64,000 nt of DNA from a virus. The translations under genes and the position numbers were made by a program. This document shows positions 19,638 to 29,591 of the stretch, piece by piece. Where the stretch lies: positions 44,883 to 108,882 of IMG/VR virus record IMGVR_UViG_3300025400_000011. One strand, written 5' to 3'. Positions within the stretch are counted from its first letter, which is position 1, and every line of letters begins with the position of its first letter. Below the pieces are notes generated by a model. That model saw only the letters and a program-made list of their open reading frames with translations. It was not told where the DNA came from and searched no databases.

Positions 19638-19895
19638 ATGACAACATTTCAAACTAATACATATTACGATTATAAGGATGCATATAATGATATTATTGCT
19701 CAAATAGCAGGTAGTGCTGCTTTAAACTCAGCACAGATTGCTGATTGTATTAAAGCTATACAAACTATTGCACCTTATCCAACACCTACTGGTTCAGTTA
19801 GCAACACTCCAGTTACTAACCCTACCCCGACGCCGGTTACTCCGCCTCCAGTATATAACCCACAAACACCTTCTAATTTCGCAGCTCTACCATAA
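19638..19895 (+). CDS. Small protein with Pro/Thr-rich tail
   Basis: 85-aa ORF, TAATG-coupled to the next gene. Confidence 0.6.
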   Translation: MTTFQTNTYYDYKDAYNDIIAQIAGSAALNSAQIADCIKAIQTIAPYPTPTGSVSNTPVTNPTPTPVTPPPVYNPQTPSNFAALP

Positions 19896-22800
19896 TGGCA
19901 ACTACAGTAACCAATACCCCTGTTACTTTTAACTATACCGGACCAAACGGGTATATTAGTACGGTTACATATAGTTATATACCAAACGGCACTTCACAGA
20001 TTTCATTATCTATTGATGAAAAAGCTGCACCTACCAATCCACCAACCACTGTAAAGCTTTCTCCGTCTAACTTACCTAACGGTCAGTTAACAGTCGCGTA
20101 CAATCAAACCATTACTGCTACAGGCGGTACAGGGCCTTATACATTTGCAGTTAATAGCAGCAATCCTATTTCTACTGCAGATGGTAACAATATATATTTT
20201 GCTAATGTTGTTATAGGTCCTACAACCGCTGGTAAAGTAACTTCTAAAGCAGATTGGGGACCTAAGCACTCTGGTGGTTATTTTGCAGGAGATGTGGTAT
20301 GGTTAGTAGCTACCCCTGCAGCTGGGCACACATTTAATAACTGGGTAGTAGTAAACAGTGATGGTACCACATTTAATGATGTAGATACAAGTATAGCTAA
20401 TCAAATAAGCTTTTATATGCCTCCAAACGGAGTTACTGTTATAGCTAACTTTGACTCGTCTAATATTTCTAGTCAGTATCTATTACCTAATGGTTGGACA
20501 TTATCTCAAAGTGGTGTACTAGCTGGTACACCTACTTCTACAGGTGCTTTTACATTTACAGTAGAAGCTACAGACAGTCTTGGTAATACTGGCAGTCAAA
20601 CATATACCTTAACTGTATTGCCTGCAGCTTTACCTGATTTTACTCAACCATCACCCCCAGCAGGCTTCCCTCCTACTCCTACTGCTGATACGAAGAGCTA
20701 TAGGTATGTACGCGGTATTTCTTACGTATCACCTGGTATTATTACACTAGACGGGGTACCTACTAACAATCAAACAGTAGGTTGCTGGATAACCAATACA
20801 GCTTCCCAACCTGTTGTACTTAAAGTACAAGATATAAGTGTATTTTTAAATCGTGCGCCTCTTAGAAACATACCAGACGGTACAACAGTAACTCTATACG
20901 ATCAATATGGTAATATTTTAGCTGATACAAGCGGTTACACATTAAAGAACATACAGACATTAACTTTATATTATAAGACAACTGCAACAGACCTTATTTG
21001 TACAGCTTTAGTCACTACAAGTAATCAAGGTACAGCTTGGATACCAGTAACAACGTTAAGTGCTACTGGTACTGGCCGTATTATAGAGGGCTCTAATCAT
21101 GCAGCTATATTTGGTCCAGATGTAGGTAATACTGGTAGCGGTTTATTTGCAGGTGGTAATGCAGATAACACATATATAAGAAGCGTTGATTTCCAAGATT
21201 TTATTCGAGTTAGCAACGGTGTAACTGGTTCATTAGTAGGTAATAATAACTTTACATATAGACTGTATGGTCAAGGCTTTAAAAACCCATACTACGGACC
21301 ATTAATAACTAATACTGGTATTCCTACATACGGAGACGAAGTTGGTTTCGGTCAAATAGCTAATAGTACAGCAGGCACTCCTTTTGGTAGTAAAATATTA
21401 GACACGATTTTAGAGTTCACTGTAGTAACACCTGCTTTAATACAAGACACTACACCTTTAAAGCTATATACACCTTACACATATGCTCAAACAGTGCAAT
21501 CGGTTTGGTTTCAAACAGTTTCTGCTTATGCAGTTAATACTGGCGGTTATAGTGGTTATTCAGTTGATTGGGGTGATGGAATCGTAGACAACGTTAGTAA
21601 CCCAAGTGTACCTGGTTCTGATGTATTCTTTGTACATTCTTATTCAACCCCAAGCAACACACCTTATAGTGTTAAAGTAAGTGCATACAATACAGGGGTA
21701 CTTGCTAACTTTAACTCTGGTACTTTATTAGCTAGAGCTTCTCTACCTAATCAGTATTATGTACAAGATAATTTTCCTGAAATAAGTTTAGCAGACTATT
21801 CTAAGACTTTAGGTGGTATTATACCTGTATTGCCTTATGCAAAGACTGACATTGAAGTCGGTTCCAATGAATGGGCAGTAGCCGATAATATTAATGCTGC
21901 TTTACAAAAAGTAGATGCTAACTTTCAGTATTTAAACACTATTTCAAGTACAATAAGAAGAACACCTTCATTTGAACTAGTACAATGGTTGTACGACTTA
22001 ATACGGTACCCAACTTGGAATGATAACCTGTCAGGCTCTAATGCTTACTTTAACCTATCTTCTACATATAACTTTGGTGTAACACCTGGTACAATAGTAG
22101 ACTTTAAATCTTATAAGTCAGCTTATATAGCACCAGATTATTATAACTACATAACATATTCCGCTGCAAGTACATATAGTTTTGTAGAAGTACGTAAAAA
22201 CGATTTCAACAACACCACTGTTTTAACTCTAAGTTCAGTTATACCTAACGGTAATAACATTAATATTATAACTACAGACGTTAGTGCTTCTAACCTTTAT
22301 GTATTAGCTGCAAATACAGGCACTATTAGTCCTGTAACATTATACAGATTTAACTTAGACTATATTAATGGTGCTGCTAACATTATTAATCAAATCGGTG
22401 GTGAGCCAGGTGGTTTAACTGATGCCTATAACTTCTCATCAGGTGAAACAATGAGAGATATACCTAGCGATATACATCTCTTTAATAACCGGGTATATGT
22501 GGGAGATAAAGGCAATAACTGTGTTAAGGTTTACAACTCTGCTTTAACATATGTAGATACCATATATTCACAAGATTTAAGCGCTTATAATGTAGGGCCT
22601 TTCGATGTTGATCCTGCTACTAACAACGTATTTTTATTAGGCACATTAAAAGCACCTAATACACCGGTTATTGTTAATGTACAGCTTTCTGCTCTAGATG
22701 ATGCTACAACTACATATGCTATTACCTGGGATCATGATGGTAACAGACTAGCCAGTGTAAGAAGCGATACTACGGCTAACTTTTTAATATACGGGGAGGT

Positions 22801-25150
22801 AGATGGGGCTGGTGGTAACTACTCTTATATAGATCAGGTATTAAACCCTTATCTATCTTCTGCTAACCCCACCCCACCACCTAACCTCACTCGTTATGCA
22901 TTTAACTCAACCACCCCTTACATAAGGTTCACTGTACAGGCATTAGGTAGAGATCAGGGCTTTAACTCAGGTTATAGTTCGAGCACACCTACACCAAATA
23001 AAGACGTTTTCCCATCACCTTACAAGGTTAACGTTTATAATACTTCAAGTACACTCTTAAGTTCATTAGCTGTTCCAGAAGTACCTGCAGATGCTAATGT
23101 ACGCAAACTTTTAGTAGAAAACACTGGTGTATTTTTCTATATTGTAACAGATTCTTATATATACAAATATACCACAAACGGCTTGTTTGTAAACAGAGTA
23201 AACAACCCAAGCCTTGGTTCTAGTTTCTTAAATGAACCTATAGTAACAGCCTTTATTGATGATAGGAACTACTTCTATGTTGCTACAGCTACGAGAATAT
23301 TTAAGTTTATTGATATCTCTGATACTGCTGACTTGTTTGACATTACAGTAGTACCAACCTATTACAACTTGTTGTCTTCTTATCAAATAGGTGAAAACGA
23401 GCTTATTCAAGATTGGGTTTATAATAAAGCTGTAAACAAAGTGCTTAAAAATCACGACATACTTGCAAAAAGTATAGCCGGAAAGTACGTTTATACTGTA
23501 GATACAAGTAATAACTTAGTATCATTTACTACTCGGGCACTTTCTAGTAAAGATGTTATTAACTCTTTAAGTGCTGATAATAGTTCTTATGTACATAGTA
23601 ATGAAATAGTAAGTTCAGCTGTTGTTAATAGGGTTCTAGATAAGATTTATGACATACAAATAGCAATATTAAATGCTGTAACACCTGAAATAATAGTACA
23701 ACCTTCTTATTATACAAATAACGTATTAGGTAAAGTGTCGTTTGCTGAACAAAATGTGTTTACAGTTTGGCAGTACGTACAGCCACAACCTATCATTATA
23801 GAGCAACCAGCCTCTATTACCAACTTAACACAAGGTCAGAGCGCAACCTTAACATTCAGTATTTCTTCTGTTGTTGCTAGCGCGGTAAACTATCAGTGGT
23901 ACTATGAAGGTACTGTAATACCTGGTGCTTCAGCAAGTACGTATGTACTGTCAGCTGCACAACTTACAGATGCAGGTGGTTACATTTGTGTAGGTAGTGA
24001 TAATGTAGGTTCCTTATTAAGCAATAGCGCTACTGTTAATGTAGTGCTTGAAACGTTGTTCTATTATCTATCTGCTTGTACGGTTGGTAATCTATATAGT
24101 TCAATCTATGGCACTACACCTACTCGTTATGGTAATGATTACACACTAGACTTTAATATATTAAATGCTGCATTATCGTCAAGTCTCGTTATTAAGTTAG
24201 AAGAATCTTACGGCTCCACATTTGGTACTTTTGCTAACCCAATCTACATTACAGTAAAAGAGAATACAGTACCGATTTATTCAACAAGTACTGCAGCAGC
24301 TACAAGCATTACAGTGCCTCTCAGTGCGTATCTTGCAACAGATAGTAGTGGTATACAACCTGATGGTTACCCAGGCACATATACAGATAACTTTAGTATT
24401 ACGTTAAATGTAGGAGCGGTAACTGCAGCAAACCCAAGTATACCTAAGATGACAGTAACTTGTTCTGATGGGGTGTTGTATAATGCTTCATTTACTAATG
24501 CTATAGGTGCAACAAGCGATATGTCAACAAGCACATTAACAGTATCTGCTTTAAGTGGTACTATGACATATGCCGGTGTTACTAATAATAGTTTAGGTGG
24601 TTACATTAACACCAACCCTTATATTACTCATACTTGGAAGATTGACGGTACATCTAATGGTACTAATCCAGTGCTTTATAAAGCTCCTGCTACACCACAT
24701 ACCTATTCTACAATAACAGCAACTCGTACAACAACTCCTGGTGAAACCGAGGTTACATTAGCTTATAGAAGAGATATTCCTACGACACCAACCGCTCCTT
24801 ATTATACTCTAGACACTCAATCTACTATTGAAGGGGTAGGTAATGGATACTTAATCGGTGGTGGTACATATCCTGCAGGTACATTAGTAACAGTGCGGGC
24901 AGTAACAACATATGCTCACCCAGCCGGTGAGTTACCTCCAGGTCTAGGGCCTGATAGCAATAACGGTCCAATTATTATTTCCGGTGCTGGTATATGGGAT
25001 GTAGACACATACGCTCAAGTACCTACTTCTGGTGGTGGTACTATTATTAACTTACAACTAGACCCAACCTCCCATTCAGTATCGGTTATGACAATCTATA
25101 TAGACGGAGATAAGCAAATAATAGGCGTCTTTAAAGCAGCAACTTCTTAA
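19895..25150 (+). CDS. Multidomain adhesin-like virion protein (Ig/PKD-like, InlB-B-like, NHL and I-set Ig segments)
   Basis: LPNG...YNQTITATGGTGPYTF and G.FTFTVEATDSLG (putative Ig); VDWGDG...HSYSTP (PKD); PSDI...VYVGDKGNNCVKVYN (NHL); IIEQPAS...YQWY...AGGYIC (Ig). Confidence 0.7.
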   Translation: MATTVTNTPVTFNYTGPNGYISTVTYSYIPNGTSQISLSIDEKAAPTNPPTTVKLSPSNLPNGQLTVAYNQTITATGGTGPYTFAVNSSNPISTADGNNIYFANVVIGPTTAGKVTSKADWGPKHSGGYFAGDVVWLVATPAAGHTFNNWVVVNSDGTTFNDVDTSIANQISFYMPPNGVTVIANFDSSNISSQYLLPNGWTLSQSGVLAGTPTSTGAFTFTVEATDSLGNTGSQTYTLTVLPAALPDFTQPSPPAGFPPTPTADTKSYRYVRGISYVSPGIITLDGVPTNNQTVGCWITNTASQPVVLKVQDISVFLNRAPLRNIPDGTTVTLYDQYGNILADTSGYTLKNIQTLTLYYKTTATDLICTALVTTSNQGTAWIPVTTLSATGTGRIIEGSNHAAIFGPDVGNTGSGLFAGGNADNTYIRSVDFQDFIRVSNGVTGSLVGNNNFTYRLYGQGFKNPYYGPLITNTGIPTYGDEVGFGQIANSTAGTPFGSKILDTILEFTVVTPALIQDTTPLKLYTPYTYAQTVQSVWFQTVSAYAVNTGGYSGYSVDWGDGIVDNVSNPSVPGSDVFFVHSYSTPSNTPYSVKVSAYNTGVLANFNSGTLLARASLPNQYYVQDNFPEISLADYSKTLGGIIPVLPYAKTDIEVGSNEWAVADNINAALQKVDANFQYLNTISSTIRRTPSFELVQWLYDLIRYPTWNDNLSGSNAYFNLSSTYNFGVTPGTIVDFKSYKSAYIAPDYYNYITYSAASTYSFVEVRKNDFNNTTVLTLSSVIPNGNNINIITTDVSASNLYVLAANTGTISPVTLYRFNLDYINGAANIINQIGGEPGGLTDAYNFSSGETMRDIPSDIHLFNNRVYVGDKGNNCVKVYNSALTYVDTIYSQDLSAYNVGPFDVDPATNNVFLLGTLKAPNTPVIVNVQLSALDDATTTYAITWDHDGNRLASVRSDTTANFLIYGEVDGAGGNYSYIDQVLNPYLSSANPTPPPNLTRYAFNSTTPYIRFTVQALGRDQGFNSGYSSSTPTPNKDVFPSPYKVNVYNTSSTLLSSLAVPEVPADANVRKLLVENTGVFFYIVTDSYIYKYTTNGLFVNRVNNPSLGSSFLNEPIVTAFIDDRNYFYVATATRIFKFIDISDTADLFDITVVPTYYNLLSSYQIGENELIQDWVYNKAVNKVLKNHDILAKSIAGKYVYTVDTSNNLVSFTTRALSSKDVINSLSADNSSYVHSNEIVSSAVVNRVLDKIYDIQIAILNAVTPEIIVQPSYYTNNVLGKVSFAEQNVFTVWQYVQPQPIIIEQPASITNLTQGQSATLTFSISSVVASAVNYQWYYEGTVIPGASASTYVLSAAQLTDAGGYICVGSDNVGSLLSNSATVNVVLETLFYYLSACTVGNLYSSIYGTTPTRYGNDYTLDFNILNAALSSSLVIKLEESYGSTFGTFANPIYITVKENTVPIYSTSTAAATSITVPLSAYLATDSSGIQPDGYPGTYTDNFSITLNVGAVTAANPSIPKMTVTCSDGVLYNASFTNAIGATSDMSTSTLTVSALSGTMTYAGVTNNSLGGYINTNPYITHTWKIDGTSNGTNPVLYKAPATPHTYSTITATRTTTPGETEVTLAYRRDIPTTPTAPYYTLDTQSTIEGVGNGYLIGGGTYPAGTLVTVRAVTTYAHPAGELPPGLGPDSNNGPIIISGAGIWDVDTYAQVPTSGGGTIINLQLDPTSHSVSVMTIYIDGDKQIIGVFKAATS

Positions 25151-25366
25151 TTAACTAATAAAACCAGTCTTGTAATCAAACTTTACAAGATTGGTTGAAG
25201 CTTCTTTAATTTTAAAGACAGTTTCGTTATTAGCTAGATTGCATTTCCAAAACACAGCCTTATGTGCTTCGTATTGATCCTTAGCTGTAACACTTATTTC
25301 TTTTAACGTTATTTCTTCAGTAGTGGTTTCATCAACCATGCCTAAGACGGCAATATATTTGTTCAT
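25151..25366 (-). CDS. Hypothetical protein
   Basis: 71-aa ATG ORF abutting the convergent structural gene. Confidence 0.6.
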   Translation of the reverse strand: MNKYIAVLGMVDETTTEEITLKEISVTAKDQYEAHKAVFWKCNLANNETVFKIKEASTNLVKFDYKTGFIS

Positions 25367-25433
25367 ATTTTAGTCATTAAATAGTGTTATCTTGGATTGT
25401 ACAAATATTTATAATATTTCTTAATATATCTAG

Positions 25434-25461
25434 TAGAACTTTAGAAAAACTATGTTATACT
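25434..25461 (+). promoter_or_regulatory. Sigma70-like promoter TAGAAC-N16-TATACT
   Basis: Upstream of ATG 25475; TGT before the -10 box. Confidence 0.45.
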
Positions 25462-25474
25462 GTTGGAGTAAATT

Positions 25475-25699
25475 ATGAACACCATATCAGAAAACGTTAT
25501 CGTTAAGGACATCAATACCCGCACCCTCGGAGACGAAAGTGTAGAGACTCGTATGAATGCCGTGACCCGTCGTTTCAATCCAACTAAGTACCACGTACTT
25601 GGATTCTTGAATCGTTCAAGTCAAGTCATTTTACAACCTCGTTTTTACAACGTTCGCGATTCAAAGGGACGTTGGGCAAAGATCCGTCAGTCACGATAA
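25475..25699 (+). CDS. Small basic protein
   Basis: 74 aa with RDSKGRW motif; flanked by promoter and terminator. Confidence 0.7.
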   Translation: MNTISENVIVKDINTRTLGDESVETRMNAVTRRFNPTKYHVLGFLNRSSQVILQPRFYNVRDSKGRWAKIRQSR

Positions 25700-25710
25700 T
25701 CGATAACACC

Positions 25711-25751
25711 AAGGAGCCTACTATTGCGAATATATAGTAGGCTCCTTTTTT
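25711..25751 (+). terminator. Intrinsic terminator
   Basis: AAGGAGCCTACTAT / ATAGTAGGCTCCTT 14-bp stem plus T-run. Confidence 0.85.
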
Positions 25752-25758
25752 ATCCACT

Positions 25759-26004
25759 ATGACTGTTAATTTTCTTGATATTGCATTTGAGTGTAAGTTA
25801 GCATCTTTTCAACAAGATGCGGTTAAAGCTTTATTATGTATTGAAAAGGATATAACAATAGACATTAAAACGGTTAAAATGTTTACACCTGATTTTCCAC
25901 GTAGTTTTAGAGAGTGGTTACACATAAATAATCCTGATGCTATATTTTTTAGTGGACCTCCTAAAAAAGTATACGATAATACCGAATACAGAGATTTTAT
26001 TTAA
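25759..26004 (+). CDS. Hypothetical protein
   Basis: 81-aa ORF in tandem array. Confidence 0.55.
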   Translation: MTVNFLDIAFECKLASFQQDAVKALLCIEKDITIDIKTVKMFTPDFPRSFREWLHINNPDAIFFSGPPKKVYDNTEYRDFI

Positions 26005-26013
26005 TACAGAAAT

Positions 26014-26265
26014 ATGCAAATAACCATTATTGGTAATATTAACGAGTTTACTGCAAGCGAGCAGAAGACTCTTTACTCAGACGGTGCAGATATGACAACA
26101 GGTATGTATTATCTTGTTGCTGATGCAAAAGACTTCGTTACTCAAGGTAGAGAAGTAATACCTAACTTGCCAGCATTAAGGAGCTTAACAGCTTCGGCTA
26201 ACATTAGTTGGATTATTACTAACTACCGCGGTAATAGAGTAGCGTTTGGTTCAGCTTCAGCTTAA
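26014..26265 (+). CDS. Hypothetical protein
   Basis: 83-aa ORF. Confidence 0.6.
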   Translation: MQITIIGNINEFTASEQKTLYSDGADMTTGMYYLVADAKDFVTQGREVIPNLPALRSLTASANISWIITNYRGNRVAFGSASA

Positions 26266-26268
26266 AGC

Positions 26269-26303
26269 TTGCACTAGTCTAATAAAGTACCATAATAGGT
26301 ACT
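26269..26303 (+). promoter_or_regulatory. Sigma70-like promoter TTGCAC-N16-CATAAT, -10 flanked by AGTACC/GGTACT inverted repeat
   Basis: ATG 26304 is 7 nt after the -10 box. Confidence 0.7.
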
Positions 26304-26597
26304 ATGAATAAAGCATTCTTACGTAGACAAGCCGCTTCTAAGTGGAAAGACTTACAATGCGGTATTTGGGAACGATGGGACTATCGTTGCTGTTATCTTG
26401 TCATACGTCAACTTGATAACGGTAAGTTCAAACCTATGATCGGTGCTATGGGTGATTTGAGCATGCCCGGTGCAGATCTACCACCAGCTGGTTACCATCA
26501 ACTTAATACATTAGAAGAAGCAAAAAACTTTTTACACAAATACGTTGCCTATATTCGGGAAGTATGGGATAAACAAGTATTAGACGGACGCAAATAA
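26304..26597 (+). CDS. Hypothetical protein
   Basis: 97-aa ORF directly after promoter. Confidence 0.65.
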   Translation: MNKAFLRRQAASKWKDLQCGIWERWDYRCCYLVIRQLDNGKFKPMIGAMGDLSMPGADLPPAGYHQLNTLEEAKNFLHKYVAYIREVWDKQVLDGRK

Positions 26598-26600
26598 ACT

Positions 26601-27053
26601 ATGCAAACATTCTTACCATACGCTAACTTTCGAGAATCTGCTAAAAGTCTTGATATGAAAAGACTTGGCAAGCAGCGTGTTGAAGTATTACAACTACTTA
26701 ACTCATTTCATAAGCTTGATTATAAAGGCTGGAAAAACCATCCTTGCCGTGAAATGTGGCGCGGGCATGAGAATGCTTTAGCTTTATATGGCATGATTAT
26801 ATGTGAAGTATGGAAAGAACGTGGTTATAAAGATACGTGTTACGATAAAATACGTGTTTACTACGATGAATCCAAAGATACAACGTTTCCTTGGTGGTTA
26901 GGTATGTTAGATGTACATTTAACACATCAATCAATGCTAATAAAGAAATATCCAGATCATTATAAGCAAGAGTTTCCAGATGCACCAGAAGGATTAGAGT
27001 ATATTTGGCCCTCGAGCAATCCCAATACCTTTCAGACTTTAACTAGTAAATAA
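26601..27053 (+). CDS. Pyrimidine-dimer DNA glycosylase-like protein (MSMEG_6728/DenV-related)
   Basis: MQTFLPY...LDMKRLGKQRVE...HP..EMW.G...PWWLG...HQS.L..K.P..Y...EYIWP. Confidence 0.85.
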   Translation: MQTFLPYANFRESAKSLDMKRLGKQRVEVLQLLNSFHKLDYKGWKNHPCREMWRGHENALALYGMIICEVWKERGYKDTCYDKIRVYYDESKDTTFPWWLGMLDVHLTHQSMLIKKYPDHYKQEFPDAPEGLEYIWPSSNPNTFQTLTSK

Positions 27054-27059
27054 TAACGT

Positions 27060-27200
27060 ATGAAAACATTAATCATTATTCTCGTTCTCGCAGCAGCTGG
27101 CTTCTTAGCTTATAAGAAATTCTTCGCTAAGAAATCCGCTTCATCAGTAGCTCCTGCAACACCAGCAGCTCCTGATCCAACAAATCAGCAACAACAATAA
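27060..27200 (+). CDS. 46-aa single-pass membrane protein (not in ORF track)
   Basis: MKTLIIILVLAAAGFLAYKKFFAKKSASSVAPATPAAPDPTNQQQQ; TAAATA at 27047-27052, 7 nt upstream. Confidence 0.75.
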   Translation: MKTLIIILVLAAAGFLAYKKFFAKKSASSVAPATPAAPDPTNQQQQ

Positions 27201-27212
27201 TAAAAATAGTGC

Positions 27213-27240
27213 TTGATCTTAATCGGTCAGGCACTATAAT
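27213..27240 (+). promoter_or_regulatory. Sigma70-like promoter TTGATC-N16-TATAAT overlapped by an 11-bp imperfect inverted repeat
   Basis: ATAGTGCTTGA...TCAGGCACTAT spans the -35 and -10; boxA-like GTTCTTTAGACA follows at 27248-27259. Confidence 0.65.
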
Positions 27241-27246
27241 TATTTT

Positions 27247-27370
27247 CGTTCTTTAGACACTTTGTAAGTTTAATCGCTTACATTACAAAGACTCTTTTAA
27301 CCAAAGCCTGATCCCTGCGCGATAACGTATACTTTCGCGGTGCAGCTATAGCAAAAAATACAGGGCTGTA
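27247..27370 (+). ncRNA. Candidate structured RNA / leader (element A)
   Basis: Non-coding stretch after promoter; stems CTTTGTAA/TTACAAAG, CGCGA/TCGCG, AGCCTG/CAGGGCT; motifs shared with 62362-62445. Confidence 0.4.
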
Positions 27371-27395
27371 GAGTTTCATAAAGGCATCTATTTTT

Positions 27396-27914
27396 GTGGT
27401 CATATTCAAACCAAATAAACTTATTAGAAAAGCGTATCCTATGATTAACTGGGATACGCTTTCCCTTGTTTATTCTGCAATACTTGATCCTGTATACAAA
27501 GCTAAAAAGAAAAGAAACTTTGTTATCAGGATAAGAGGTGTAAAACATGGTACATGGAACTGGTATAGCTATAATTCAGATGGAGCATACTTTGTTATTG
27601 CACTTAAACTAAGAATAGGTCAGTTTCATAGAGTTATAATACATGAGTTTAGACATTTTATTCAAGATAAGATTCTACACGTACCTATGACTGCAGATTA
27701 TGAAAAGATGTACTACCGTCACCCATTAGAGGTAGATGCTAGATATTTTGAAAATAAAGGTTTGCACTTCGCTAGAAGGTTATATAATCGTATTGAGAAA
27801 CAGAAAAAAACATTCGCAATATTAAATGAATACAGACCAAAAGGTGAAAAAACTAATCGAAATGGGAATACTTCCCGATCCAAACTACGTTCCAAGGGAA
27901 AAGGTAGCAAATAG
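27396..27914 (+). CDS. Putative zinc-metallopeptidase-like protein (HExxH)
   Basis: IIHEFRHFIQ...YYRHPLEVDA; start uncertain. Confidence 0.6.
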   Translation: MVIFKPNKLIRKAYPMINWDTLSLVYSAILDPVYKAKKKRNFVIRIRGVKHGTWNWYSYNSDGAYFVIALKLRIGQFHRVIIHEFRHFIQDKILHVPMTADYEKMYYRHPLEVDARYFENKGLHFARRLYNRIEKQKKTFAILNEYRPKGEKTNRNGNTSRSKLRSKGKGSK

Positions 27915-28053
27915 GTTTGGTGTGATGGTATGGGATCACAAGACTGCAGGTACTTGTCAAGTAATGACTGGTGATAGCTTTAAACAAGCTAAGCAGTATA
28001 TGGCAAGACCAGGACATCGTTCCGGTATACAGAAGCTAGGCTATAGAGGTTAA
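27826..28053 (+). CDS. Hypothetical protein
   Basis: 75-aa ATG ORF overlapping the basic tail of the upstream gene. Confidence 0.5.
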   Translation: MNTDQKVKKLIEMGILPDPNYVPREKVANRFGVMVWDHKTAGTCQVMTGDSFKQAKQYMARPGHRSGIQKLGYRG

Positions 28054-29453
28054 AGTTTGCCCATCGGCTTACTGTTAATAGCTTCCTGCTTCTTACGTTC
28101 TTCTATTACCTGTTTTAAAAGCTTAAACTCATCTGGGTTAATAGCTGTTACAGGCATTACTTCAGTCTTATTATCGACTACCGGCTCTGGTTTAGGTTCA
28201 GGCTTAGGCTCTGGCTTTGGTTCTAGTTTCTTAACAGGCTTACTTAATCTATAGTTTTTAACAATAACGTTAAAGCATAGAAGTAAAGAAACTGCTAAAG
28301 GATCAAACACGGACATGATTAACCAAATAAACCAAGTCACTGTTTGATCTAACTGTAAGTTTAATGTTTTAGCTACATATTTAAAAGTACCTACATCTGT
28401 AGTGAGTATTTTTGATTGAAGTATGTTATTAGCTGATTCAAGCTTTTGTATTTCATTTTGATCAGATTTAACTCTAACCTCATTTGACTTAATCTTGTTT
28501 TCTCTCAAAGTCACTAACCCAGCAATGCTAGCTTCTGTAGAGCTCTGTATTTTATCAAAGCCTTGCTTATCTTTAGTTATTTCAGCTTGTATTTGTAGAA
28601 TCTGATCTTCATTAGTTTTAATAGAAGCTAGTAACTCTTTGTTTGTTTCTTCTATTTGCGTTTCACTAATAGCTCTAAGCTTATCAGTACGATCTTGTAC
28701 AGCTTTTATTTGTACATCTATTTGAGCTCTTTCTGCAGCTTGTTGCTCTTTAACTATACGTGCTTTATCAAGACTACTCTTTTTAAAGAACCCACCATCA
28801 TCGTTTTTATCTAACCATGTCTGTATTTCTTTATCTAGTATAGCTAACCTATCGTTATAGAGTTTTATCTGTTCAGAAGTTTTATTAACGCTTGTTTCAA
28901 GCTGAGCTCTATTAGCATTGACTGCATCAATAGCTTTTTTCTTATCATTTTCAATAACAGCTCTAATCTCAGTCACTCGCTGCTCTTTTTGCTTTATTAG
29001 CATATTAAGCTGTTCAACTTGTTTGTCTTTATTAGTATTAACTAAAGCTACGTCTTTATCATTATTAGGTATAACTGAAAACGTTGTTACATCACTTTTA
29101 TATGCTTCAATCTGTCTATTATTGTTGTCTATTTGTTGTTGAAGATCTTTAACTTTTAAAGAAGTAGTGGTATAACCTGAAGCGAGGTATCCGTAAATGC
29201 CTATAGAAGTAATCGCCATCAGTGCAATACAAGCTATAAAAAGGTAGGCCTTTAAAGCAGTATTCATTTTTTCCCAATATTGATGTAAAAATGTAACAGC
29301 CACAAGTTTACCTACCTCTAATGTTGTACCCATTATCAATATAGGGGTACCTGCTCCTACAAATAATAAGCTTAAACCAATAATACTAAAATAAGCTCCA
29401 ACTGATGCTATTGCCAAAGATGCCAACAGCAAGATAAATGCTAATAGTAACAT
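28050..29453 (-). CDS. Membrane-anchored long coiled-coil protein (start revised to 29453)
   Basis: Three N-terminal TM helices (LEVGKLV), long coiled coil, C-terminal TM (VFDPLAVSLL), PKPE repeats; minus-strand TAAATA at 29464-29459 is 5 nt upstream of ATG 29453. Confidence 0.75.
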   Translation of the reverse strand: MLLLAFILLLASLAIASVGAYFSIIGLSLLFVGAGTPILIMGTTLEVGKLVAVTFLHQYWEKMNTALKAYLFIACIALMAITSIGIYGYLASGYTTTSLKVKDLQQQIDNNNRQIEAYKSDVTTFSVIPNNDKDVALVNTNKDKQVEQLNMLIKQKEQRVTEIRAVIENDKKKAIDAVNANRAQLETSVNKTSEQIKLYNDRLAILDKEIQTWLDKNDDGGFFKKSSLDKARIVKEQQAAERAQIDVQIKAVQDRTDKLRAISETQIEETNKELLASIKTNEDQILQIQAEITKDKQGFDKIQSSTEASIAGLVTLRENKIKSNEVRVKSDQNEIQKLESANNILQSKILTTDVGTFKYVAKTLNLQLDQTVTWFIWLIMSVFDPLAVSLLLCFNVIVKNYRLSKPVKKLEPKPEPKPEPKPEPVVDNKTEVMPVTAINPDEFKLLKQVIEERKKQEAINSKPMGKL

Positions 29454-29511
29454 ACTTATATTTAGTAGAAAAGAAGTAGACTTATTCGGCATCCGCTATA
29501 ACTATTGATTG

Positions 29512-29568
29512 GCCGGTAGTTGTATTTAGTGGGTGTGAAATGGGTGTTTAACAACTACCGGCTTTTTT
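29512..29568 (+). other. 12-bp perfect hairpin with 27-nt repeat-containing loop and T-tract (terminator or small RNA)
   Basis: GCCGGTAGTTGT / ACAACTACCGGC; loop has TGGGTGT twice; lies between divergent genes. Confidence 0.55.
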
Positions 29569-29580
29569 AATGTCTATTTG

Positions 29581-29586
29581 TAAATA
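29581..29586 (+). promoter_or_regulatory. Late promoter core TAAATA
   Basis: 5 nt upstream of ATG 29592. Confidence 0.6.
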
Positions 29587-29591
29587 ATATT

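Noticed and set aside
1961-25150. Diversity-generating retroelement or invertible tail-fibre cassette
   Set aside because: No reverse transcriptase, invertase or adenine-specific TR/VR pair was seen.
27297-27548. Minus-strand ORF over element A
   Set aside because: Antisense to a promoter-driven region and the HExxH gene, with no supporting signals.
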